From the NCBI RefSeq assembly GCF_009914755.1, contig NC_060935.1: DNA of 64,000 nt. One strand, given 5' to 3'. This stretch comes from the human T2T-CHM13v2.0 reference genome, Homo sapiens. The position numbers and the translations under genes are program-made. The notes under the pieces were generated by a model. It saw only the letters and a program-made list of their open reading frames with translations. It made no database searches and was not told the DNA's origin. This document shows, piece by piece, positions 14,760-27,955 of this stretch (positions within the stretch are counted from its first letter, which is position 1; the number at the start of each line of letters is the position of its first letter).

Positions 14760-15582
14760 GACACTTAGCCAGTCAGATGCAAATAAGACCCCAAAATATC
14801 ATATCTGAGCTCTCTCTCAGACCCTTATTTCTGATCAAACCAAATAAAACATTAGGGAAGTGTGGAAAGCAATAAGACATTTATTCCAAAGTAAACAGCC
14901 CGTATACCCTGCCTCTAGTGAGGGAGACTGCCTTCTTAACTTTAATTGATAACTTAAAATTCCTAGTCAGCCAAATTACATTGATTTTATTGCATATTTC
15001 AAGATATCATAATGATAATTTATCTTCTAGAAAACAATACAGTTCGTTGTTATAACCAGAGAGGCAAGGAGCTAAGTTTGTGCTTGGTGAATTATAACCA
15101 ATGGGTGCCACTAACCTTCAAATGTGCTATTACATTATTTAACTTTTAGACAGATCTAATAGAGGCCTTGATTATTAATATGATTTTAATATCTGATAGT
15201 TCAAGAGGGTAATAATGTTGTAGAGCTAAGACAGGAGGAAAAGGTAAAATTACCATCACTACTGGTGATTCACTGCTGGTATATGATGCTAAAAATATGC
15301 TTTATTACTTGATTTTAACTTAATAATTCAGAAGAAAAGGTAACAATTCAGAGAGTCAGCAAATGGAGAGTGACTAAATTCTCTCTTTTTTTAATAGAAT
15401 TTAATAAAATTGAAATTTGAAGGTGTTTCAATTATCCAGAGGACGAGATGTTTGTTCACCAAACATCTGCTGAACAGCTACCATGTGCAAGGCCCTAGAC
15501 TAGTAATCCAATCTCTAAAACTCCCTTTCCTCAGGTGCTCTCAGTTTAACTGAGGAGTAACATGGGAAAGAATAAATCACGT

Positions 15583-15917
<335 letters not shown>

Positions 15918-16267
15918 CTACCATATAGAGGAGAGAATTGCTTTCTCTTCCTGGATCAGCCCAGGAAATCTCACAGAAAAGGTGAAAGTAAGTGAAGTGA
16001 GTAGTTCCTTTATGTAAAAAAGAAAGCAAAGCGAAAGAAGGATAAGTGTCCGTGTGCCTGGCCCTGTGTCAGAAGATGCATATATAAGGCAGGGGTTTTT
16101 TCTGTGTTGCTGGACTGTTGTAGCCCCTGACTGACCTGCTGATGTCACTCAATAAACATTTATTGGGCAGAGAAATGAACCCTAGTTACAAGGATAACAG
16201 AATGTGAGAATTGTTTTTACCTTGACTCATGTTTGACCATAATTTTGCATTTGTCTGCTTTCTGATT

Positions 16268-16617
16268 CAGGTTCACAGTTCATTATTAGCAATGCCAAAA
16301 TACAAAAACTTCTGAAAACCAAAAGTATTTTCCTAACTCATTTGGTGTCAAAATATAACCTGACTTGATCTCATTTAGTGGAAAAACCTGACCTGGAGTG
16401 ACAGAAGACTATTTTTAATCTAAATTTACTCTAATTAGTGGGAATATTTACTGAGAAAGTAATGGTGTTTGGCAATGTGGTGCTGCCCCAGACCTTGCTG
16501 GGGGTGTTATATAATATGCATTACATGTACTACTTTAGCACCTTTTCAAGATCTGAAAAATGTTGAATTACAAAACACATTTGCCCCAAGAGTTTTAGAT
16601 AAAGGACTGTAGACCTG
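16268..16617 (-). mobile_element. MER46C-like non-autonomous Tigger/TcMar DNA transposon
   Basis: Terminal inverted repeats caggttcacagt / actgtagacctg; internal gtgctgccccagaccttgctgggggtgtta; TA on the right flank. Confidence 0.75.
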
Positions 16618-16908
16618 TAAAACATTACAAATAAGCCTGATGAAATTCACAGATCCTATCAGCTTTTCTTCTTTACCTCCTTCTGGCTTATTGTTCAGGG
16701 TTTGTCTTACACCAATCTCAGTGTGGGTTGTTGTGTGGCCTTACTGTGGCCCCAGATAATCGCTGCCCCATGTATGTGCTCCACTCTAGTCCAGCCACTG
16801 TTTGTGGCTGACCCTACCAGGGGCCCTGTATGAGTTTCAAATGTCCAAAGACATTTTGCACACCTGACCCTGATGTATTGTCACCATTTTAGGGGCCATA
16901 TAAGTATG

Positions 16909-17102
16909 GCTATAGAACTGTCATTTGGTCCCAAGCCGATGGTTAAACTCTGAGGCCAAATCATCTTTCCTGTCCCTCAATCCCTCAAGCCATTGCACTC
17001 CTCTCACACAAAATATGTTACTAAAACCAGCATTGTCTCAGATACTGAAATTAATACTAGTTAGATATTCTCTAAGAATTTAGCCACAAGCTACAGATAA
17101 TC
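16909..17102 (+). repeat. Copy A of local ~180-bp interspersed duplication
   Basis: Aligns by eye to 18856-19112 (about 12 substitutions plus indels). Confidence 0.95.
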
Positions 17103-17319
17103 TTTAATGGTAACAGAGGCAAGGTTCACCAAATGGAAAGAGAAAGTAGAGTAAGAAATTACCTTCACCTGATGTGCATGGACTATTTTTGGGTGCCTCC
17201 AAAACTGTAAAGCTCAATACACTAAAGGAAAAAGTACAAAGAAGCAAGGAAACCAAGTCAAAGACATTGTCTACTGCAAACCTTGCCAAGGAGAAACTCT
17301 GAACTCAACAATAAAGACA

Positions 17320-17560
17320 TTCTGCTTGTTCTGAGCACCGAATATGTATTAGATGCTGCAGCCAATGATTTGTTGTCTCATAGAATCCTCACAATAACCA
17401 GTAAGATAAGTTTAGATACCTTTATTTTACAGAGAAGGAGAAAGGCATATTATGGTTGAAAAACTTCCCCTAAAGACACAGACCTTGGACAAGGCAGACC
17501 TGGGAGTAGGTTTGTTCCCTGTACTATTCAGCTCTGCCTCACACAACTCTGTGCTTAAAA
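17320..17560 (-). mobile_element. MIR
   Basis: aatcctcacaataacc...attttacagagaagga. Confidence 0.6.
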
Positions 17561-17724
17561 CCACATGCAAAAGGATGCTGGCCTTGACAAAGAAAAGGAC
17601 CCTTACTCTTTACTTCTAGGAATGTATAAGATACCCATCTCATCACTGATTAGTAGTAATCAATAATGAATTGTAAATAGGTGATGGTCTTATCCATAGG
17701 TTCATCTGATTTATTATTATTGAT

Positions 17725-17960
17725 AGCAATAGCAGTGGCATGTTGAGCAGCTACCAGAGCCTGGGCCTCGTGCTGAGCACTGATCACGAATCATCTTCTC
17801 ATTCACCCTGCCAGGAAGGCATTATAATCTCTGAGATTCAGAGAACTTGAGTAACTTGCCTGTGATTCCTCTTCTAGCAAGTGGAGGACAAGAGATTTAA
17901 ATACACAATTATCTAAACATATGCTGAAGCATGAGCTAAAACACATGCTCTTTCCACACA
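17725..17960 (-). mobile_element. MIR
   Basis: gtgctgagcactg...ctgagattcagagaacttgagtaacttgcc. Confidence 0.6.
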
Positions 17961-18855
17961 TCATGCTGTAACACTTTGAAATAAGAATCTATTGTTGGCA
18001 TTGAATCCTAAGAGCCATATCTTTTTCACAGCACTCACCCTTGAGCCATTATTGCAGGAAGATGGAAGGCTCATAGTACCACTACATTTTCCCTGTCCTA
18101 AGAAAGAAGAAACACAGAAGCACATATGGACTTTGGAGTGCCCTAGGATGACCACCTGTGACTCACCATACTCTGAGAATGCAATCTCACTTCAGAAATA
18201 AGAAGACAAAATTATTTAAATAATTATACTGTAATCCACTCACTCTTCCCGCACATTGAGAAATCCATCTGTGAGCTGCTTGAGTTCAGCCAGCTCTCCC
18301 ACCTGTACAGCACTGAGGCCATACTGCACCTAGCTGTGGACAGGCCACCTGGTTTTTTTCAAGTGATGTGATTTTTCAAACCTTGCTCACCTATTACAAG
18401 ACAGCATGGATGATAGGGCACGCAGACATAGAGAAATTACCCCTACTCTTCTCCTGGGAAAATATTGCAGTAAGAATATTATCTTCTAGCTGTAATACAG
18501 GATGGAGTTAAAAAAGAGGGCTATGCCATTAGCACAGAGCTCTGCATCTTTCCAAGCCTTCTTCCTACAGCCATATTCTCCATGACCTAGGAGGTGCCCC
18601 TTCATATTGCAACCCCAGCACCTAAGAACTGGATAATTCAGTGATTTTCAACCAGGGAAAATAGGCTCTACCCCACCCCTGGATAGTAGTGTTGATGGAG
18701 GAGTTTAGAAATGCGTGTGGGGTATGAGAAGTGCAGTTATGGTGACATGAATTGGAGAGCTGGTCTGTCTTTTAGTTAAGGGAAACCAGAAATATGTGAG
18801 CCTGTTGCACAAAATATCAAGACCAATTCTTCTGTTGGGAGAATAGACACTGTCA

Positions 18856-19112
18856 GCCATAGAACTGTCATTTGGTCCCAAGCCTATGGTTAAACTCTGA
18901 TGTCAAATCACCTTCCCTGTCCCTCAATCCCTCAAACCATTGCACTCCTCTCACACAAAATGTGTTACTAAAACCAGCATTATCTCAGATATTGAAATCT
19001 GAGAATATCTACTTAGATATTCTCTAAGAATTTAGCCACAAAAGATAAATAGTGGAGGGAAAGAAAGTAAATGGGGAAAATAATACAATAATTCTTAAAG
19101 TTACAGATAATC
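18856..19112 (+). repeat. Copy B of local ~180-bp interspersed duplication
   Basis: gccatagaactgtcatttggtcccaagcc...tttagccacaa; homology resumes at aagttacagataatc after ~58 extra bp. Confidence 0.95.
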
Positions 19113-19379
19113 ACATTTCTTGATTTTTAAATACAACTTTAGAAAAACTAGGAATCAAGCTAGACTAATATAAAAAATAATGTTGTTTATCATTGTCCCA
19201 TGGTTATATTTCTCTCATGCTCCCCTCACTCTACATCTTTAACCCCAAATTTAATCATTGACAGAAATAGATGGTTAGGATATGACCGCTTAATTATCCG
19301 GTTCTGCACCAAGTGGGGTATTTTTTTGGCTAAGTGTACGAATGTACAATGTATTGCAGGTGTCACCACACAATGGTGT

Positions 19380-19595
19380 TCAGGAAATTCAACCATAGCC
19401 TGTTTTTGTATGAGCGGGAAGCTAACAGTGGCTTCTACATTTTTAAAGGGTTGTTAAGAAGAAGGAAGAAGAGGAGAAAAAGAAAGAAGAGGAGGAGGAG
19501 GAGGAGAAAAATATTTGATGGAGATCACATGTGGCCTCACATAGCCTAGAATATTTACCATATAGCTTTTTACAGGAAAAATGTTCTGACCCCTG
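19380..19595 (+). mobile_element. MER58-like hAT-Charlie MITE with internal (GAA/GAG)n tract
   Basis: cctgtttttgta...tacatttttaaagggttg...tgtggcctcacatagcctagaatatttacc...ctgacccctg. Confidence 0.7.
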
Positions 19596-20574
19596 TCTGC
19601 ATTAATAATTTTTAACTCAAGCATTTTGAGACCAGGGATAGTGATAAGGCCTCACCTGAGAAAACATTGATCAGTCCCAGCACAAAGCAAAGAGGCTCCT
19701 AACTGAGGATATATTTTTAATAACAAAGATGTAGAAAAGGCAGCTCCTAACTTGCCAATCCTGTATGTGGTCTGGAAGCAGATATCAAACGTAGATCCCC
19801 GTGCGCCTTACTGAAGCATCAGGTCTTGCTGCCTGTTCAAAAGAATGCCCTCATTTTGGCTTAAGGTCATTAGCAATAGCTCCCAGGTCTTTACTAATGT
19901 GTTACCGATTCAGGGGCCCAAATAGTCATCTGGAGCTCTATCCCTCCTACCTCAGTTTCCATTAATTCTTTGCTATTAAGTAGCAAATAAATTAGGCAAA
20001 TATTGCCAAGAAGGGGATCATGAAGATTATAATTAACAAAAGAGACAGTTGGAGGATTTACAGCAAAGGCTGGTTCTAGTCAAGTTTCACTGGGAAAGAG
20101 CATCATCTCTATCTCATTTGCCAGTAATTAGCTCTGCCTTTATTGCATTGTAAATACTGCTTTAATTACTGCACTCCTTAGTTCAGAAGACGGAACTCAG
20201 TATCCTTATTGGATTTCATGTTCTGGCAGTCCCTCAGAGCTTTTGCTGTGCACAATAGATGTATGCAAATGCAACTGGTAATGGCAATGTGAAAGGATTA
20301 CAAGGAATAGATTTGAACAATGTGGGTCACGCACAGTTCTGGAGAAGGAATTGCCTGCGACCACCCTCCCCCCTTCATTATAATCCTGATCCCCCTTACT
20401 CTGGAGTCTCAGGAAGAATTAACCAACATAGATAAGGCAACTCTGTTGGGATAACATTTGAAAAGGCTTAACTAAGCCAGTGGAGATAACCATCTTTAGG
20501 ACTTCCAGGCTACAGAAAGAAAGTGGTCATTAATTAGGCATTAGTAGCATCAGCTAGGAAATGAACCATGAGGT

Positions 20575-20705
20575 ACAGGGGCCAGAGCCAGAGGACTCAG
20601 GCTTGAGGCTCAGCTCATCCATTAACTCACAGGGTGGTTTGGGTAAATCATTTCTCTTTGAAACCTTAACTTTCACCATTGAAAAATGGGGAGTTATATT
20701 AAGTG
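20575..20705 (+). mobile_element. MIR fragment
   Basis: ttgggtaaatcatttctctttgaaaccttaactttcaccattgaaaaatgggg. Confidence 0.55.
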
Positions 20706-20790
20706 GTTGCATGTAACTCCAGATCAAAAATTGCATGGATTTATATATTTTATTTTGAAAGACATTTTAAAACACATCTATTTTAATTCT

Positions 20791-21255
20791 GTGTGGCAGA
20801 TTTCACTGGTGCCACATGATACTCCCTAAGGCCACCTTTGATTTCAGTTGCTACTATGGTAGACAGTTCTATGAAAGTTTATGCTTCCTTTGCATTGTCA
20901 ATTGCCGATCAAGTGTATCCCTTGCTTTTCCATATTCTGCTCCAGGGTCAGCTCTCTGAGCACCACATGAGTGGAGCTCCTGAGGGCAACACTCAATGAA
21001 AAGGAGGCAGGACTAGATGGACAAGTGTACCATTCTCCTATCTTTCATCCTGGAAAATATTTGGGATGCTCCTGAGGAGTCCCAGAGGAATTCAACTCTG
21101 TTGCCTATAAGAGTGACCTCACTATTGTTCCCTTTTATTGGCTTTTCTTCCTTCCTTGCTTCTTCACACCTGCTTCCAAGGTTTAACTCCTAATAAAATC
21201 TTCCCGCCAAGGTGCTTGTTTCAGACTCTGCTTTCAGGGAACACAAACTAACACA
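20791..21255 (+). mobile_element. LTR16-like ERVL LTR
   Basis: tgtggcaga start; end cctaataaa...ctctgctttcagggaacacaaactaacaca. Confidence 0.6.
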
Positions 21256-21539
21256 CTTTTTTAGTTTAATGACAGAGGAATTAAGGTGGAAAGAGAATGA
21301 TGTAACTAGACCAAGGTCAGTGTTTAATCTAGTGTTCTTTCCACTGCCCTATTTATAGAAGGACAGTCCACATGGTTGAAAAATATACACAGAAGAGACT
21401 TACTGGGCTTCCTTCTTAACATCTCATCAAAAAAGATACAACCAGCCAATAGAGAAATATTAACAAACCACGTGATATAAAAGTTAAGACTCATCACAGA
21501 TGAAGGAGATTTTCAATAACAAAAAGAGAATAAGAACAC

Positions 21540-21670
21540 ATTTTTTGGCATCAAATGGACCCAGATTTGAACCCTAGCTGTCATTTAGTAGCTGTGTGAT
21601 TTTATTGTATAAGCTTTCTGAACTTTATTTTGCTTGCCTATAAGATGTCACAAATAATAATACCTAAAAT
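21540..21670 (+). mobile_element. MIR fragment
   Basis: gatttgaaccctagctgtcatttagtagctgtgtga. Confidence 0.6.
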
Positions 21671-22159
21671 ATAATAACCTCCCAATAATTATATTATCAT
21701 AAACATTGTCCTTGCCAAACAAAAAAGAAAATGATCAATACTGTGAATGATAACTGTACTCAAAACTTTAGATTTTAGTTAATCTGTGCCCTTTCCAAAC
21801 AACAGCCTGATACAAGTGTTTTTTCCCCCTCCTTTCTGATTATTGAGGCACAAAGACACAGCAAAACACAAATGAAAGAGAAACACTGAAAACTGTATAT
21901 TCTTTCTTCTCTAGGACTTTGACAGAGGCTCTTTGATGATATTTGGCACTAATCTTCTCCACCCTTTTGTGTTATAGATTGACATTCTCATATTCGATGA
22001 AGACTGAGACAGAGATCCATCCTTCCTGGCTCTCCATTTTTCTAAGCCACCTGTGCCAACTGGTAGGGAACACATTCCAGATTCTGCAGAATTAGCAGGC
22101 AAGCATCCAGTGATGAATACACAGGAATGCAAAGCCACATCAGGAAATCATCCAATCTC

Positions 22160-22490
22160 AAGGGCCTTAAATGTCATCAGATCTTCACTACAGTAACCCT
22201 GCCAATTGGTAACCCTGCCTCTCCTGAATATTGTCACATTCCAAGACAGACTATTCCATATTTCGACAGCTCTGACTTTTAGAAATCATTTCTTTATACT
22301 CATCCAAAATATTTTCTCTGTGGTTCACATTCATCATCTGTCAGAATTCTAATCTAGAACATCATTTTAAACAAAAGCTAATCATTTTGCCATATGGCGA
22401 CCCTGGAAAAAAATTGGAAATCTCAGCCACATCTGCTCTTGGTTGCCACTTCTTCTGAAACCCCACATCTTTCCTTAGTTCTTCACTTAT
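22160..22490 (-). mobile_element. L3/CR1 fragment
   Basis: ctattccatatttcgacagctctgacttttagaaatcatttctttatact...acaaaagctaatc resembles reverse-strand L3. Confidence 0.5.
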
Positions 22491-22671
22491 TTTCCACTGC
22501 TCAGGGAAATCAGAGAAGTAACTTGAAAAAATCTGAATACCTAACCTTTTTTGAAATTAAAACAAATAATAATAACACGGCTTTATTTGTAAACAAATCA
22601 TTGAGAGTTGACCATCTGATCAAATAGGTCCATAACTACATTTTACTTACAAGTCAGATGTTCAGATAGGA

Positions 22672-22890
22672 AGCACATGGATTTTGGAGTCAGGACAATA
22701 TATATTTGAACCTCAGCTCTGCCACTTATTAGCTGAGTGACCTAAAACAGATGACTTCACCTCTCTGGGCCTCAGTTTCCTTATCTGTCAAGTTGACTGA
22801 CTACACCTGTCTCAAAGAGTTATTGTGAGGATTAAATGAGAGAAATAATGGGAATATGTTCAGTATGTAGCCTGGCCACACAGTACAGTA
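22672..22890 (+). mobile_element. MIR (MIRb-like), well preserved
   Basis: ctctgccacttattagctgagtgacc...ctctctgggcctcagtttccttatctgt...ttgtgaggattaaatgag. Confidence 0.85.
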
Positions 22891-23351
22891 AAAAGAAAAT
22901 GAGTTTGAAGCACATGAAAGAGTTGAAATCCTGGCTGTGCTATTGTTTATCTATGAAAATTTGTAGGAGAAATCCAGGTATTCTAAGTCTCCTTTTCCTT
23001 ATTTGTCACGTGGAAAATAACACTGAATTTAAAACTTGCATTGCATAGATTTAAAATATTATTTGCAAATGTCTAACATAGAGTCTGTTTTTCAGTTATC
23101 TTTATTTTTACAAACTTATAAAAGTTTCTTTTTTCCTTCACTTCCACAGAATCTTATTAGAACATGTAAACCAGGGTAATCTCCTAATTCTAAGTTTTTA
23201 CTGAGGTGGGAGTGACAGGAATAAACATTATGATGAGAAGATGTTGAACATGAATTTATGAAATGTAAAGAAAAGTCCAAAAGATTCCTCTGGAAAGTAA
23301 AGAATTTATAAAAAATATTTTTAAATAATGTTATGACAATATATATTCTGA

Positions 23352-23641
<290 letters not shown>

Positions 23642-25339
23642 AATTTCTTTGTACGCTAATGTTCATAAAGAGATCAAGAATGTTGTAACTGTGACAAAAC
23701 AGGACACCCGTGATTCTATCTTTTCTCTAGTTAAAACATCATCAGAGAAATTCACAGGGATTAAGCCAGATAAAAAGTGTTTGGACCATTGGGAAGAATG
23801 TAAAATGTTCTGGATGGTGCAAAGGAAAGACAGATAGAACACCACGGAGCATCTAGCTAGGGGCGTAGCTTTCAAGAGGTGTGGGTCTGCTCATGAGCTG
23901 TAATGGCAGGAGGAGTACAGTGGGCTCAGTGCCAGTCCATCACTGACCCTGGAAAAATGTGTCCCCCCCACACATCCTTCCAAAAAAGACTCTCTGAATG
24001 CATGAAAGCCAAATAAAGAAGTGACAACCTGCAGGCTAAGGTCACTGACTTCTAAGCCTAAAGTTAAAAGCAACTCTGAAAACATGCACTGGAAAAGACA
24101 TCAGAAGATTTCACTATTCTCCACTGGCCTATTCTCCACTCTGCTTTGTACCCTGAATAATTCCCTTCTCCATCTCTACACCTCAGCTTTACCACCTGTA
24201 AGATGGAATAAAGGTGCATTGGCTAACTTCTGAGTTGTTTTTTGTTTTGTTTTGTTTTTTAGCACCAACGAATGCTGTGTTTCTTTTCTGTCAAAGGTAT
24301 TCAGGATTTATTTGTAACAAGAAGTCAGCAAATTGCTAGGTGACATCTAGCATAGAACCTGGAACAGTAGAAGTTGCATTAAAAAAAAAAAAAGAAGAAG
24401 AAATGCCTGGAAATGCACTGCTTCAATATGCTCAAGGTAGTTAGTTAACACGTGGCCAACTGAAACATACTATCACTTTGAAGGCAGTGGCTTTCACTTC
24501 ATTGGAAGTGCAGACTGAAGCCCAGCTCTGGAAATTCTTGCATAAATTATGACTTCCTCAGGAATGATAATGGAGTCTCCCTCACTTCTCTTCAAAGAGG
24601 CTTTGTTCAGTCTTCAAGGTGGTAACACGAGCTCCTATATTCTATGCCAAAAGGGAAATCATCATATTGCCTCTCATGCACATGCTTGCATCCTCCCTTC
24701 CTTCTACTGCCCAGCCTTGCACCTTTTTATCATGAAGCAGAGACTAGACATGTTCAAGTCTGTGCCCTGTGCAGACAGCAAAGACAAGTCTTGGGAAAGA
24801 GGTGCTGTCTGGGGGCCTTCTGGACATGAATACGAGCCACCCCCATACTATCTGATCATTCACTATCTAGATCTAAGGAAAAATAAAACTTGGGTCCCTA
24901 AATGCAAACCTCTTGGAAATACTTCCTTCCTGTAGACACAGCCTAAATGTTCAATATTAATGACATAATTACATAATTATTACATGCAATGATAATAATG
25001 ATATAATCATTAGGATCACCCTACTGGAACATAAGCACTCTCATCTATTAATAACCACATACACATATCATGCTGTCATTATGAAGGTTATAAATTGCTT
25101 CTCCATGTGCTGTCTCCTTACAGAAATGAGGATGCTGTGACACTTTGCCCTCCTGGACGTCTCTGGGGACGCTGGTTGTCTTGATGAGCTGCTAAAGGAG
25201 GTAATCTCTGAGACCCTTTCCCTAGCATGGAAGAAAGGCAGTATTCATCCTTGGCTACCCACTCTCTATCTTACTCTTTATCTCCTTCATTAAATGTCTT
25301 TGCCATTCCATTTCAGCAACAGAAGGCTGGGGTGGGCCA

Positions 25340-25550
25340 GCCGGATGGCGTGATGCTGAAATCACTCCCCATAAAAACGTGCCTGCAATGTTACAACAGC
25401 TTTGATGCTGTTGTAATGCACCCATAAAATCAAGGAACATATGTAGAGGCAGCTGCTGGTGGCAGTGAAGGAATGTAAAAAATATGCGGCTGTTGAAAAA
25501 CTTTGATAGATTTTACTGCTAGCCAAATATATGTTTTTTTATGGTCCGCT
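25340..25550. promoter_or_regulatory. Candidate enhancer (TCF/LEF + CDX/posterior HOX motif cluster)
   Basis: CCATAAAA at 25369 and 25422, TTTTATGG at 25537, CTTTGAT at 25400 and 25501; non-repetitive; several retained CpGs. Confidence 0.4.
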
Positions 25551-27955
25551 GTATGAACCTACAAAAAAATCATGCTTTTCTTTTGTGTGTTTATTCATTG
25601 CATCATTTACAACAAATTCTTGAGAAAAACTAGGAGAGCATGTGATTAGTTTTCAAATCAGTGGTAGAAAGCTCAGAGAGAATGAAAATGCCTTTTAATA
25701 AATGGTCCTTGGAAAGAAGTGGGGCAGTCCTAGGTATTAGAAAGAAGTTAATGTTACTCCAAACCATTTCCCTACATCACACCCTCTGCATCCATCAGGG
25801 TCATCAGAGGATGGCTATTCAGCTGCTTGGATCTGGCAAGGATTTTGCAGCAATTAAGTGACAATCAGGCAGGGATATGATTATTAATGGAGGAAAATCA
25901 GATTACCTAAACCTAGAGGTAATAATAATATACAAGCAATATAAGCATATGCAAGAAATATCGATAGGATGTAGAAAGAAAATATTAGAACTACTATTAT
26001 ATTTATTTTTATGTAAAATCACAGGAAAGACAGTATGCTTTACTAATACTTAATATATGCTCAATGGGAGTTCTGCCATCACTAGCAGGTTAATGTAGAT
26101 GAGGACTCAGTCCAAAATTTGTATATTAAGTGTTCATATATTGGGATAAATGCTTCAAATTTTTTATCATAAATGTGTGACCAAAATGTAAATCTTCTGT
26201 AGATCGCATTTTGATACAAGTTTTTTTCTTATAGTTTTTATTTCACCAGCATTTTATTGCATAGTTAGAAGAGTTCAGATGCATATGGCCACGATGCCAC
26301 CTTATCCTGCTCTCTGCAGCATACCAGGTGGTTCTCTTTGCTGCAAGCCACAGTCAGGTTTAAAAGATTTTTTAAAAAAATCAAGAGTGAATTTTGCATA
26401 GTTAGAAAAAATAAGCATGATTTGATAATGGAACGGAGTTTATACACTGGATTTGTCATATATATGTATTTGGACATATATATATTATATATATGGAGAG
26501 AGAGAGAGAATGCTGTGTGGTAAGTGGGCAAGTCATTTACTCTCACATAATTATAAAATGGGGATACTTTACAAGTATCTTTACAGGATTGGTGGTACTC
26601 AATAAATGGAAACTATTATTATGAATATTTTTTCCTGTAGCATGTGCCCACTAACAAGCAAATAATTCAAAAGATTTAGTATTATCACAGTGAAAAGATA
26701 CTTAAGCAAGGAAGAAAATAAGAGCGGTTTGAATAAAGAATGAGGATGAAGGAATTTAAAATACGGTCTAATGAAGCTCTTTCAGAGTCCTGTTAAGCAC
26801 AGCAAAACGAGAAAGTTGGCACAATCCTAAGCAGCCAGGAATTGCTACCTTTGGAAAAAGACACCTTGGTCTTCAATGATTTATCTCTTGGCAACACAGG
26901 GACAAAGGAAACAAGTACATTTCCATTTCTGATTTCTAGGGCTCAGGTGAAGAATCTATTAATATGCATAAAAGGCCAGATGGACTGGCCGAAGCCTGGA
27001 GCACAAAGGTTAGTTTTGGAGGAACCATCTGGAGCTTGTTCTTATGCCTTGGTAAAAAAGCCAGTGAGAGCCCAGAAAACAACACAACCAATTAGGAAGG
27101 CAGTAGCTGGAGGCCTGCTGGCTCTGTCAGCCTTCCACTGCTACAGAAAAATGCTGGTTTGAAGAAAGGGAAAACGTATCAGCAATTTTTTATTCTTTCT
27201 TTTTTAGTTTTCACAAACAACTGGATACAGTTTGGCAATTAAGAAAGTGGCAGAGAAGGTAAGGCTCATCCAGATAAACATGTTCCAGTTCCACAGAAGT
27301 TTTCTGAACATCTTCTTCCCATAGCAACATCTGGTGTCTTGTGCCCATGGTAGGCCAGGAGAGAAACCTGGTTCCAGGCACCCACAGAAGTAAAGACCAA
27401 ACTACTGCCAGCAGAGTTTACCAAATACCATCGCAATTTGGTATCAATCAGTATTACCTACCTTCCTGAAAAGTCCACGTGAAACTTTCGGAAATGCCGA
27501 GTTCCTGATGTAAAAATAAATACCTCCATTATCAGGATAATGGGGCAGGTTTTAGTGTCAAATGAAATAATTTTAAATGTCAGCTCTTACTGCCATTTGA
27601 TTTCAGGCAGGCTACTTCACCACTCTGAAATGCCATCTCTCCCTGTGAAATAATGATAATAATAAAGCCTCTTTATGCTAAAAGTAGATTAAAGAAAGAA
27701 AAAATGTGCATAAGAAAGCACAGTTCACTCTTTGTTGTTATCCATGTATTTTGTCCACGTGTCTCCTGAGCACCAGCTCTGTCCCAGGCACTCCTGACAT
27801 AGCCGTAAAAGACACATAGTATAATAGCTTATAATTAGCAACTAAAATACAGAACAATAAAAACAATAAAATTGTATTAATTTAGAAAATAGAAAAAATC
27901 ATTTTTAAAAACTCCATAACCCTACTGGCCATATATAACCAAGTATAATTCTTTT

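Noticed and set aside
19456-19510. Poly-Arg/Lys ORF resembling an NLS or protamine
   Set aside because: Translation of a (GAA/GAG)n tract inside a MER58-like element.
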